Both the position numbers and the translations under genes were made by a program. A stretch of 64,000 bases of DNA, taken from positions 623,440 through 687,439 of the forward strand of contig NW_005201792.1 in NCBI RefSeq assembly GCF_000372725.1, in the 5' to 3' direction. The notes below the pieces were generated by a model. The model searched no databases, was not told the DNA's origin, and worked only from the letters and a program-made list of their open reading frames with translations. Shown here in pieces: positions 12,754 to 23,757 of the stretch. The stretch's first letter is position 1; the number at the start of each line of letters is the position of its first letter. Origin of the DNA: Emiliania huxleyi CCMP1516 (taxonomy: Eukaryota).

Positions 12754-14870
12754 TGGACCTGAGCAACAACATGACCTGTAGGCAAATGATCGGAGTGGGA
12801 GTCAGAAATGTGGTCCTTGCGCGAGGGGAGCTCGATAGACTCGAGGGGCCAGGATACGCCGCGAGGAGGACGGAGTTGCGCCGAAAGGCGAAAGAAGCCG
12901 CGAGAACAAGGGACCGGCAGGCGGCGGCGTCGCAGGACGAGGCAGAAGAGAACGACGCGACAGAGGAGGAAGTGACAAGGGAGAGAACGACGAGGGTGGG
13001 ACGACCGCGAGGTGGCATGAAGGTTGCAGCGAGAATCGGCGAGAGACTGCGAAGAGAGATAGGAAGAGGCAGACTCCCTAGGGTGGGCGACGGATAGCGC
13101 ACCACACACCTCTCCTTAAAATCCCTGTGTGGTGGCGGCGTGCCGTCCTCCCATCCCTCCCTTTGGGTTGTCTGTTTTCTTTCTTTTCTTTCTTTCACAT
13201 TACAAGTGTTCGAAGAGAGAGTGGACCTGAGCAACAACATGACCTGTAGGCAAATGATCGGAGTGGGAGTCAGAAATGTGGTCCTTGCGCGAGGGGAGCT
13301 CGATAGACTCGAGGGGCCAGGATACGCCGCGAGGAGGACGGAGTTGCGCCGAAAGGCGAAAGAAGCCGCGAGAACAAGGGACCGGCAGAGTCAAAGGACG
13401 GATGTCTTGTCTTGAAAAGCATGCGCGACGCTGCCTCTTTGCGCCGCTCGCTCGCGGCGGCAGGAGACATGGCCGCCGATGCGGCTCGCACTCGCTCGGC
13501 GGGCCTCCGTCCCACAGCCGCCCGGGCGTGCCAGGGGTCGGCCTGGCGCTGCGCTGCTCGCACGCTGCACTGCACAAAGCTGCGACAACAAGGGGAGGCT
13601 CCTGAGCTTCAGTGTTGAGCAGTGCAGCTGCGGGCGCTCGTGGGCGGCTGTGCAGTGGTGAGAGTGCCTGTTTGGAGGCGAGCTGGCGCTGCGCCAGGGT
13701 GCGCAGCATGCTCCCGTGCTCTGTCCTGAGGCATGCTGGTTGGCGCCCAGCACAATGCCCTGGATGCATTGCTCCACGCCGTGCTGGCTGGTGCAGTACT
13801 GCCAATGCGCCGACTGGCGCGCAGGGTGCGCGTCGCCGCGCGTGGCACGGGAGGCGCGAGAGGCGCGGCTGTCGGTCAACCCCGCGGCGCATGGGCGCCG
13901 CGGAAGCTGCTCGACAGGCTGCGGGCATCGCTGCGGCAAAAAGCGCCCGCCCTCTGCTTTGCTTTCGCCCGCGTTTTACGACAACTTTCGGTTTATCATG
14001 GCCGCCAAACTTTACCTCGCTGTTTCTTTATAGGTACCTCACAGCTGCGTATTCTTGTATTATCGTCGAGTAGTACAGGTACTGCGTGGGGGCAGTACGT
14101 ATTCTCGTATCACTAGCTCCGAGTAGAGGGGCGGCGTTCTGCAGTTAAGGGGAAACCTGGTACACGGAGCCAACCCTCGGAGAGTATTCTTTAGCTCCGA
14201 GTAGAGGGGGCGTTCCGCAGCTAGGGGAAACCCAAAGCGCAGAACCAACCCTCGGAGACCCGTGTTATGGCCCTGCGAACGCGCACCCCCTGGGCTAGGG
14301 CTCTCTTGCCCGCAACCCGATGCCGAGCGTCCGGCCAACTGGGTGCGCTTCTTAGCTCCCCGGTCCTGGGCGTGAGGTTGATGACCGCACTCCAAGTGCT
14401 CCAAGGGCAGGCGGCGGCGTCGCAGGACGAGGCAGAAGAGAACGACGCGACAGAGGAGGAAGTGACAAGGGAGAGAACGACGAGGGTGGGACGACCGCGA
14501 GGTGGCATGAAGGTTGCAGCGAGAATCGGCGAGAGACTGCGAAGAGAGATAGGAAGAGGCAGACTCCCTAGGGTGGGCGACGGATAGCGCACCACACACC
14601 TCTCCTTAAAATCCCTGTGTGGTGGCGGCGTGCCGTCCTCCCATCCCTCCCTTGGGTTGTCTGTTTTCTTTCTTTCTTTTTCACATTACAAGGCATGAAG
14701 GTTGCAGCGAGAAGCGGCGAGAGACTGCGAAAAGAGATACGAAGAGGCAGACTCCCCAGGGTGGGCGACGGCTAGCGCACCACACTCCTCTCCTTAAAAT
14801 CCCTGTGTGGTGGCGGCGTGCCGTTCTCCCATCCCTCCCTTGGGTTGTGTGTTTTCTTTCTTTCTTTCTT
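12754..14870 (+). mobile_element. Three tandem 5'-truncated copies of a non-LTR retroposon 3' end (12754-13194; 13207-14680, interrupted; 14693-14870)
   Basis: Shared 3' UTR and (TTTC)-like tail, different 5' truncation points, and TCACATTACAAG at 12742, 13195, 14681 and 14871. Confidence 0.8.
13389..14405. mobile_element. ~1-kb insertion inside the second retroposon copy
   Basis: Copy 1 reads GGACCGGCAG-GCGGCGGCG uninterrupted. In copy 2, GGCAG is duplicated on both sides of the insert (13384-13388, 14406-14410). Confidence 0.7.
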
Positions 14871-15583
14871 TCACATTACAAGGGACATTCTGCAACAGTG
14901 CAGTGAGGAGTTCAGGCCGGGGCCCGAGCCCCTAGGGCGACAAGACATGCGCAGAGGGCGGTGAAGCGCGGTGGGGGGCCGAAGTCGAAGACGAAGAGAA
15001 AGAGTTTGAGAGTATCTCCGCAGAGCTCGAAGTCTCGCAGCGATCACGGATCGAGGGTTGGCACGAGCGTAACCAGCAAGTGGTTAACACGATGGCCTGC
15101 TGAGCCAAGTTATGGCGATGGCCCGCCATGTGGTCAGGAAGTGAGGGTTGGGGTGATCCGGTGTGACAGTGCTGCACCGACCCGTAGGGGTCGGTATGCA
15201 GAGGATGCTCACGGCAGGCCGCCATTGCCGGTGCCTCCTCCTTCTTCTCCTCCTCCTCCGGCCCCCCACCAGCCCCGCCGCCCAAGGCCCCTGCCTTGCC
15301 AACCGAGGGGGGGTGCCACTGAGGTGTGGCCGAGGGTGCCGCCGCGTGCCCGCCGGTGCCCATGGATGGATGGGGTGCATCGGCCTTGGGAGCCCGCGGG
15401 GCCAGCCGCCGCCAGCGCTGCCGCCACGCCGCCGGCCACGCCCGCGGGTGCGCCGCCTGCGCCACCTTCTTGTCCACCTCTGGTTCTGCCCTTGCAAGGG
15501 CAGCTGTGCTCTGCCGCGCGGGCCGTGGGTTGGCCCTCGAAAGAAAGAAATTAGGCGTCGAGCTCCTGCAACACGTGGCAGCA

Positions 15584-16239
15584 ATGAGCGATAGCCGACG
15601 AGAACTCCTGCTCAGCGCCGCGCTCGCTGCCTCCGTCGCGCTCCTGCTCGACCGCTGGCTCCGTCGCCGCGGGAGAGGCACCGGCAAGGATGCGCTCGCC
15701 CGAGAACTGGCCCGCCTCGAGGCGCGTGCCGAGGCCGTCAGGGAGGCGCTCGCTGGCCTGGACGAGCCTCCGCAGCGAGAGGTGCGGATCTGGATGGACG
15801 GCGCGTTCGACATGATGCACTACGGCCACGCCAACGCGTTCCGCAAGGGCCGTGCCCTCGGCACGCACCTCATCGTCGGCGTCAACGACGACGAGTCCAT
15901 CCTACGCTGCAAGGGCGCACCACCGGCGAGCTTCCGCCGCACACAGAGACACACACACTCGCCCCAGCTCCGATCCGCCGCGAATCGCCTCGCTCCGCGC
16001 GGATCACCGCACGCCGCTCGTCCATGCGCGCTGATACGCCGCTCCCTCACCGCGCCGCTCGCAGCTAATGAACGACGAGGAGCGGCTCGCGATGGTGCAG
16101 GCGTGCAAGAGCAAAGGCCAGCACTGCAAAAGTGCACGGCGGGCGGGGGAGTACACGCACGCGGCACACGCGCCGCACCACACGGGCTGCGCACGCGGGC
16201 TGCGCACCCGGGCGTGGGACTCCAATCACACTCCACGCC

Positions 16240-16275
<36 letters not shown>

Positions 16276-16743
16276 GCGCGCACGCACGCACGCACGCAAT
16301 CACAATCACGAGCCCTTGCTGCCGATCCGCATCCTGCACCGGCCGCGAAAGAGCTCCGGAGGAGGGAGGTGTCTAGGGACGGTCCGACGCACGGTGCTGG
16401 GGCGCGTGTCTAGGCGTGCAAGTTTGTGGACGAGGTGGTGCCCAAGGTGCTGACCCTAACCCTAACCCTAACCGTAACTCTAGGCGTGCAAGTTTGTGGA
16501 CGAGGTGGTGCCCAAGGTGCCCTACATCATGTCGCCAGAGTACCTGCGCTGGGCGAGCCGGGCCCGCACCAGCGGCGGCAGCAGCCCCCCCCCCTTGTGA
16601 GGGAGAGGCTGCCCTCCTGCAGGCGATCGAGACCTACCGCATCGACTACGTCGTCCACGGAGACGACCCGTGCATCGTCGACGGCAGAGACGTCTACGAG
16701 TCGGCGAGCGCAGCGGGAACCCGCAACTCTCACCCGCAATCCT

Positions 16744-16776
<33 letters not shown>

Positions 16777-18671
16777 CGCAGCCTCTCCAGCCCTCTCCAG
16801 CCCTCTCCAGCCCTCTCCAGCCCTCACCCTCCCTTTCGAGCCCTCTCCAGGCCGCGCAGCGCAGGCGTCGACGCCCCGTGCTCGCCCCGGACAGGCGCGC
16901 GCGCTGGGCAAGTACCGCACCATCCCGCGCACCGAGGGCGTCTCGACGACCGAGATCGTGGGGCGAGGCCTAGCCGAGACTGTCGAGAGGCGGTCTCGAC
17001 GACGAGGGCCGCGGTGGCGGCTCGCAGCCAAGGCAGCGCGTTGACAGCAGCTCCTCCTCTCTCCAGCGCACGCGCGTCCGCGACGCGTCCGCGACACGCC
17101 CGTGACGCACCCCTTGCGCGGATGCTATAACCCCAGCCCCTAACCCCAGCCCCTAACCCCAGCCCCTAACCCCAGCCCCTAACCCCAGCCCTCAGGCGGA
17201 TGCTGCTCCTCACTCGGGACCACCACCGCGCCGCCGCACCTTCGCCGGTCGGGCCGGCGGCGGGCGGGCGGGCGAGGGAGGCTAGGACGGCGGGCGAGGG
17301 CGGCGAGGGTGGCGAGGGGGTGGAGCGGCCGCTGCGAGAGAGCAAGTTCCTGCCGACGAGTACTATGTATCGCTTGTTTGCGGACGGGTGCGGCGCCCCT
17401 CCTGCGGGCGCGAGGGTGGTGTACGTGGACGGCGGCTGGGACATGTTCCACGCGGGGCGAGATGTAGCCGAGATATGGCCGAGATATGGCCGAGATACAC
17501 CATCACTGTGGAGCAGCCGAGATGTAGCCGAGACGCTACTCTCCCCTCCTCCCTCCCTCCGCTCCTCCCTCCCCCTCCCTCCCTTCCCTGCGCCTGCCGC
17601 CGAGGCGTGTCAAGGGCGGCCGGGCTGCCTTCTGAGCCCTTGCGGCTGCACACAGGCACGTCGCTTTCCTGCGCGAGGCGGCGGCGCTGGGCGAGCTCCC
17701 CCCCCCCCTCCCCCTCCCCCTCCTTCCCTCCCCCCCCTCGCCGGCGCCCTCGCGCGGGCCAGTCCGACACCCTCCGCCGCGGCACGCCTCTCGCCCTCCC
17801 TCAGGCGACTTTCTGCTCGTTGGCGTCCACTCGGATGCGGTGCGTCGAGACCGAGCACGTCGCCCGAGAGAGAAGAGGGGGCGCAGACGGCTCGAGGCCC
17901 GTGCGCAGGTGGTCAACCGGCACCGCGGCTGCAACTTCCCGCTGCTCAACCAGCAGGAGCGCGTGCTGTCGGTGCTGGCGTGCCGCCACACGGGCGACGT
18001 GGTCATCGACTCCTCCCGTGGTGCGCCCCCTGACCAGAATNNNNNNNNNNNNNNNNNNNNNNNNNNNNNNNNNNNNNNNNNNNNNNNNNNNNNNNNNNNN
18101 NNNNNNNNNNNNNNNNNNNNNNNNNNNNNNNNNNNNNNNNAAAAAAAAAAAAAACCTGTCCCCTTTCCCCGTTCCCCCCGGCTTGGGGGTTCCTCCCGGA
18201 GGAGATAATCGCCGGGTTAAAAATTGCGGTTGGGGCCCCGGGGCCCCCGCGGGGGGTATTTTTTTTTTATTTAAAAATTAAACCGCGGCCGGGGGCCCGG
18301 GGGCCCCGCAGGGGCCCCCCCGGGGGGGGCCCCCTTGACCCGCCGGGGGGGGGGGTGGGACCCCCCCCCCCCCTGGGCCCCCGCGGGGCCCCAAAATGGG
18401 GGCCGGGGCCCCTTTGGGGGGGGGGCGACAAAGGGGTTTTTTTAGCCCCTTCCCGTCAAAAGAGGGGTTCCCTGTGGGACCCTTTGTGGGGGGGCGTTTC
18501 CCGGAGCCCCCCCCCCCCCCCCCCCCCCCGGCCGAGCCACCGTGCCGCGATCTGTCCCACGACTCGCGCACTATAGGCCGCATCCACGCCAACCACGACC
18601 GCATCGCGACCAAGGTGGAGAAGAAGATGGTGGCGGAGCAGCAGTACTACAAGGAGAGGTACCGGCTGTGA
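15584..18671 (+). CDS. PCYT2: Ethanolamine-phosphate cytidylyltransferase (multi-exon, spans assembly gap)
   Basis: Two cytidylyltransferase domains: RIWMDGAFDMMHYGHANAFR, DYVVHGDD, RTEGVSTTEIV, VVYVDGGWDMFHAGH, NFPLLNQQERVLSVLACRH; N-terminal hydrophobic anchor. Confidence 0.9.
18041..18140. other. Assembly gap (100 N); following ~18141-18530 is low-quality homopolymer-rich sequence
   Basis: Run of N; the adjacent sequence is dominated by homopolymer runs. Confidence 0.95.
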
Positions 18672-19645
18672 CGCTGCTGGCTGGCAGCGTTCACGAGTGG
18701 CGTCTCTGTCCTCCGGAGATCTATATCTGCGTCTTTGGAGAGCAGGATACGCCCCAGCGAGCAGAGATGGCGGATCGCGGAGGGGCCGCTTGCGCCGCGG
18801 CGGCAAAATGTATGTGTGTGGCCGGGCGCACTCTGACCCCGCCGCACCGCAGAGGTCTCTTTCTCGTCTCGCTGGCCGCTGCCTGGCCGCCCTGGCTAGT
18901 TCCATTTCACTCTCTGACACCGCGCTAATCTAAATCTTGAGAAAACGTCTCCAACCCCGCCGCACCCTCCGCAGAGGTCTCTCTCGACCGGACTCTCGTC
19001 TCGCCGCGCGCGCTGGCCGCTGCACCTGCGGCGACCTGTGGGGGTCGCGTCCGCTCACAACGACGTATTTTGGCTAGTTCCATTTCACTCTGACACGCTA
19101 ATCTTGAAAACGTCCAACGGAGCTCCGTGTTGCTCCCAGCGCCCTCCCCCGCGCTTCCTGCGGCCATGGCCGATGATACTAGTATGAGAGGTCATCTGGC
19201 TACCGCGAGCGCGACTCAACTCGCCGACGTCGTCCGATGATTGTGCCTCAAAGTCAGCCTCCGGAGGCTATCGTGGGGTCGAGCCGGCAGTAGCCGTGAC
19301 ATGTGGTTCCACCACCCCTCGTATGCTTTGCCTCTGACCGCCACCGTTCCCAGGCTGCCAAATGGGATGGAAAGGAAGGCTCGGCGAGCGTATAGAAGCG
19401 TGCTCGACCTCGTCGTGGCAACCTGTACGGCAGCGCTGGTAGGCGCGATGAGCGTCGTGCCACCTGACCCGAGACGGGTCGCAGGCGTCGTACCGAGCGC
19501 GTCGAGACCGTGTCCTGATGTGATCTGCACGGGTGAGTCACGTCGGCGTCAAAGGAGCGACGTGCGACCTGTCAGAGCTTGATCTCCGATCTCAGCGGCG
19601 TCGAGTCGTCTCCGGCGCGCGACAAAGGTACATCCCCAGGACGCG

Positions 19646-19738
19646 CAGAGGCAGCTGCGACCCAGCCGAGTGGACGGCGTCACACCGCGCCACCTGCTGT
19701 GTGACGCCGTCTACTCGGCGGGGTCGCAGCTGCCTCTG
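19646..19738. repeat. 40-bp near-perfect inverted repeat with a 13-nt loop
   Basis: CAGAGGCAGCTGCGACCCAGCCGAGTGGACGGCGTCACAC pairs with GTGTGACGCCGTCTACTCGGCGGGGTCGCAGCTGCCTCTG (2 differences). Confidence 0.85.
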
Positions 19739-20199
19739 GAAGGCACCGAGAGGTACCTTTTTCGCGCAATGGTCAAAATCAAGGTTTTGTAACGCGAGCT
19801 GTGCCACAGTGAAATGGAACTAGCCTTTGCGTGTTGTTGCGGTAGCGCAAAAAATGTTGTATGAACGCAGCTGACTGTGTGAGCACATGTTTCTATGACA
19901 TCACTTGCGCTCACGCTGAGACGTGAGGTGGAGGCTTAGGCGGGGGGTCCCGCGCGGCTGATTCGGCTGTTCGTGACCGTGCCCTCTCACGCGGCGTGTA
20001 TCCTGCGCCCCCACCCACCACCCAATGAACACAAAGACTACTGGGATACGAGGCGGCGCCCGCTCGCCACACCTGGCTCTGCCGCGGCCCCTCTCCCTCC
20101 CGGCTGGTCGCAGCTCAGGCGAGGCGAGCAAGAGGCTGCTGGCGGTGTGGCACAGGCGGAAGAAGCGAGCCGCCCCGAGGCACGGAGGGGAAGCGGACC

Positions 20200-21342
20200 T
20201 CAGGTGGAGAGGTGCGCGTTCCCGAAGAAGGGGTTGTCGGAGCCGCCGCTCGCCGCCGGGGCGCCCACCGTGACTTGGAAGGACGGCTCCGAGCTCGCAC
20301 CGCCGCCTGTGGCTGTGCGCTCCGCGTTCGCGCTGCGTGCCCGCTCCAGCGCGGGGTTGATGGCTGCGCCGCTGCCGCCGCTGCCGCCGCTGCCGCCGCC
20401 GCTGCCGCCGCTGCTGAAGACGCTCGAGAAGCCGCTCTTCTTCTTCGCCGCGGGCGGCTGCTGCTGCTGCTGGTCGGCGGGAGGCATCGCTGCGTTCTGG
20501 CCTGCGTACTGCCCTCCCTGCTGGCTGCTCGTGTTGCGCGAGAGGTTCTCTCCCTGCGGGCGGCGGGGCAGCGCGTCAGGGCGAGGGAGGGGAGGGGCGG
20601 GCCGGAGGGCAGAGGACGCGGGTGGCAGCGGCAGCGACGGCGGGAGGGCGGGAGGGACCCAGCAAGCCGCCGCTGGACGTCGGGGCACGTGTGTGTGCAC
20701 GTGTGCCGCAGCCGTCTCTCGCGGGAGGGGCGGCTTGAGGGGGAGGGGGCGCGCGCCTCGCAGCGGCATCCAAAGACAATCTCGAGAATGCCGACGAACA
20801 TGCACATGCCGCCAATGACCCACGAGATGAAGCAGATAAAACAAGTGGAGCTGTCATCGACGACCAGGATGTTTGTGCCGCAAAACAAGAAGAAGAGCGC
20901 CCGGCCGACCCAGTGCCCCATGAAGCCGAACCGATGGATCAGCCACTCGGTTTTACCGAACTGGAGCATCAGCATGAGAACGCCGAATATGATGTTCCAC
21001 ACCTGCGACAGCAGTGCGGCGCGGTTGGCTGACCTCCTCCGTGCGCAGCGGGACGGCGGGGCGGCGGGCGGCGCGCCATCCGGACAAAGTTGACAAAGTT
21101 GAAAACGTTGCCGAGAATATTGACGAGGGACAGGACTGCGACCGTGATGAAGGCGGTGCCGACAATCATGGTGAAGGCCTTCTTCAGCTTCCTCAGGCCT
21201 GCCGCGGGGTGCGGGACGTTCACGACCGCGGGCGCGCCGCCGCGCGCGGAGGTGGGCGATTGAGAGCGTGCGCGCGTGCAGCGGGGAGGGCCGCACCTTC
21301 CACCGTGCAGCATAGCGTGCGCAGCTGGTCACAGCGGCCCAT
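20200..21342 (-). CDS. COPI-associated/TVP15-like Golgi membrane protein (multi-exon)
   Basis: Several hydrophobic segments, motif RFGFMGHWVGRALFFLFCG, and a Gly/Ser-rich tail ending DNPFFGNAHLST. Confidence 0.65.
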
Positions 21343-21549
21343 GACTCACACGAAAAAGCTGTCAACAAGCGAGCCCTTCTGGGGTGGCCGGCGTCGCGGC
21401 GTGCAGAGCACTTCTGCCTCCTTGTGGGAACCCGCAAACGTGGCATCGTCACTCCTGCGATGACCCGCTTAGAGAAGAGAGGGGGAGAGGAGAGGGAGAG
21501 AGAGAGCGAGAGAGAGAGGGGGAGAGGAGAGGGAGGGAGAGGGTGAAGG

Positions 21550-21708
<159 letters not shown>

Positions 21709-21852
21709 GTGCTGCCAATTTTCTTCTTCAAAAACCCGCGGCCGTCGGCCGCACAACGCAACGCACGCTCTCACCTCCACCGCGGCCGTCGGCCGCAACG
21801 CACAGCTCACAACCGTCGGCCGCAACGCACAGCTCACAACTCCCACAAACGC

Positions 21853-23579
21853 ATGGGCCACAACAGCAAACTCGTCGCCTCAGCGGCGACGCTGCTCGCC
21901 GCGGCTGCAGCTGTGGCGGCGGGCGCGAGCCACCGCTACATCGCCGTCGCCGTTGCCGCTGCAGCCGCGGCGGCGGTGGCAGCAGCAGCTTCTTCCACTG
22001 CAGTTCACGCCGCAGCTCACGGCCGCTCGACGAGCACCGATGACGACGGCATGTCGCAGCTCTTGCGGATGGCGGAGAAGGCGCGGCAGCGGGCGCAGGA
22101 GCGGGTGCGACACCGCGACTCGGAGGTGCTAGGCATGACTCCAAAGCTGTGGCTCGAGGCGCTCGACGAGCGGCACAGGTACGGATCGCTGCTCTACCCG
22201 TACTGGCAGCGGTGGGAGCTCTCGCGGACCGAGCTTAACTTTTTCAAATGGTGCGCCGGACCTTTGTCGACACACTCTGCTCCCGATGCTCCCGACAATG
22301 GAACACTACCCCACTGGTTGCTCTCCGTTGTGCCAGGCTCGACCGCGGCCGCGGCTCGCTCATCGACCTGCCGCAGATGCCGCGCCGCTTCCTCGAGGAG
22401 GGCCGCGTGCTCTACTGCCACCGCAAGGAGCTCGAGCTGTTTGAGGCGCGCGTTGACCGAGCCGGCCGGCTGGTCTGGGGCGCAGACGGCCTCCCGGTCA
22501 CGCTGCCCACGCCGTGGGAGCAGCCCGGCGGCACGGCGCGGCAGGGGGCGGTGCGAGCTCTCCTCGAGGAGGGGCTCTCCCTCTCGCGCGAGAGGGAGGC
22601 GCTGCTCGCCGGGCTGAGGGCACGCGCGGAGGAGGCGCTCTCGAGGGGCGAGGAGGCGCCCGCCGACGCCGCGGCCCTCCTCGCGCCGCTAGTCCGCGAG
22701 GGCCGCTCCCTTCGCGCGTGAGGCGCTGCCCCACGCCCTCCCAGCGCAGCCGTCGCGGGCCCCGCTGTAGGCCTGCTCCGGCAGCTGCGGGACCCGTACT
22801 TCCACGCCCGCCTCTCCGCGGCGGAGCACGGCGGCGACGACGACGACGACCGGCTGCACAAGTGGGAGGCGTTCCGGTGCACCCAAAGCACCGTGCTCCT
22901 CGCCGTCGGCGCGAGGGGCCGCGAGGAGAGCCGCGGGTGCTCGTATGCGGCGCGCACTTCGGCGGCGGCGGGGCAGGGCGGTAGGGCGCAGGGCGGCGCC
23001 GACTCGCGGGACAGCGGGGCGGCGCTGGACGGCATGGGCGCCGATGCGGCTTGCTACGCTCTGCCGACGGCGCTGCTGCCCGGCACGTCCTGGAGCGACA
23101 TCGTGGCGGCCGTGGACCACGAGGAGGGGAGGGCGATGCACAAAGCCCCGCTGGCCACCGCCGACAAGCGGCTGCGCGGCAAGGGCACGCTCGGAATCTT
23201 CGTTGTCGACCACTTTGGGCGCATCTTTTGCGCCGACAAGGTGGCGCTTGCACTCGCCCGCCCACCCCCGCGCCCGCCCGCGCACCGACACCAACCTCCA
23301 CTCCCCTGTGCGATGCAGGTGAGGGGCGTGTGCCACCACTCGAGCCTCTCTCGCGGCCACGCCGTCAAGTTCGCCGGCTCGCTCCGGGTCGAGGCGGGCC
23401 GCGTCGCCGTCATCACGCCCCACTCGGGGCATTACGTGCCCTCGCAGCAGGACTACGACGACGTGCTCGCGGACTGGGCAGCGCGCGGCCTCGACTTGTC
23501 ACAGACAGAGGTGAGGGGCCTGGTAAAAGAAAAGAATATCCTGGGCCGCACAGGCTCGCGCCAGACCGGTGCGGTGTGA
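21853..23579 (+). CDS. IQM-family protein (plant IQM-like conserved domain; multi-exon)
   Basis: WLEALDERHRYG..LYPYW, FFKWLDRGRG, IFVVD, HHSSLSRG..VKFAG and ITPHSGHYVP match IQM-family motifs. Confidence 0.75.
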
Positions 23580-23757
23580 CCGCGCGGCGCGATACGCATA
23601 TAGCATAGATACACCAGTGACCGCAGTGAGATTTCTCATGTCATCTCTTGTCCCAGGGTGCGCGCGCCAATGGCCCCGAGCTGCCGTGGTTTATAGATGG
23701 GAATATCTGATTATAAAATCCAATCGTGCTCACTGCCGCGCGCTTTACTTGCGCCGC

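Noticed and set aside
18141..18530. Odd homopolymer-rich sequence (also 25920-26150)
   Set aside because: Typical of degraded reads next to a gap or poly-G/C run; not treated as biology.
18838..19115. Local imperfect duplication (TGGCTAGTTCCATTTCACTCT..GACAC.GCTAATCT twice)
   Set aside because: Short tandem duplication downstream of PCYT2 with no structure or ends suggesting function.
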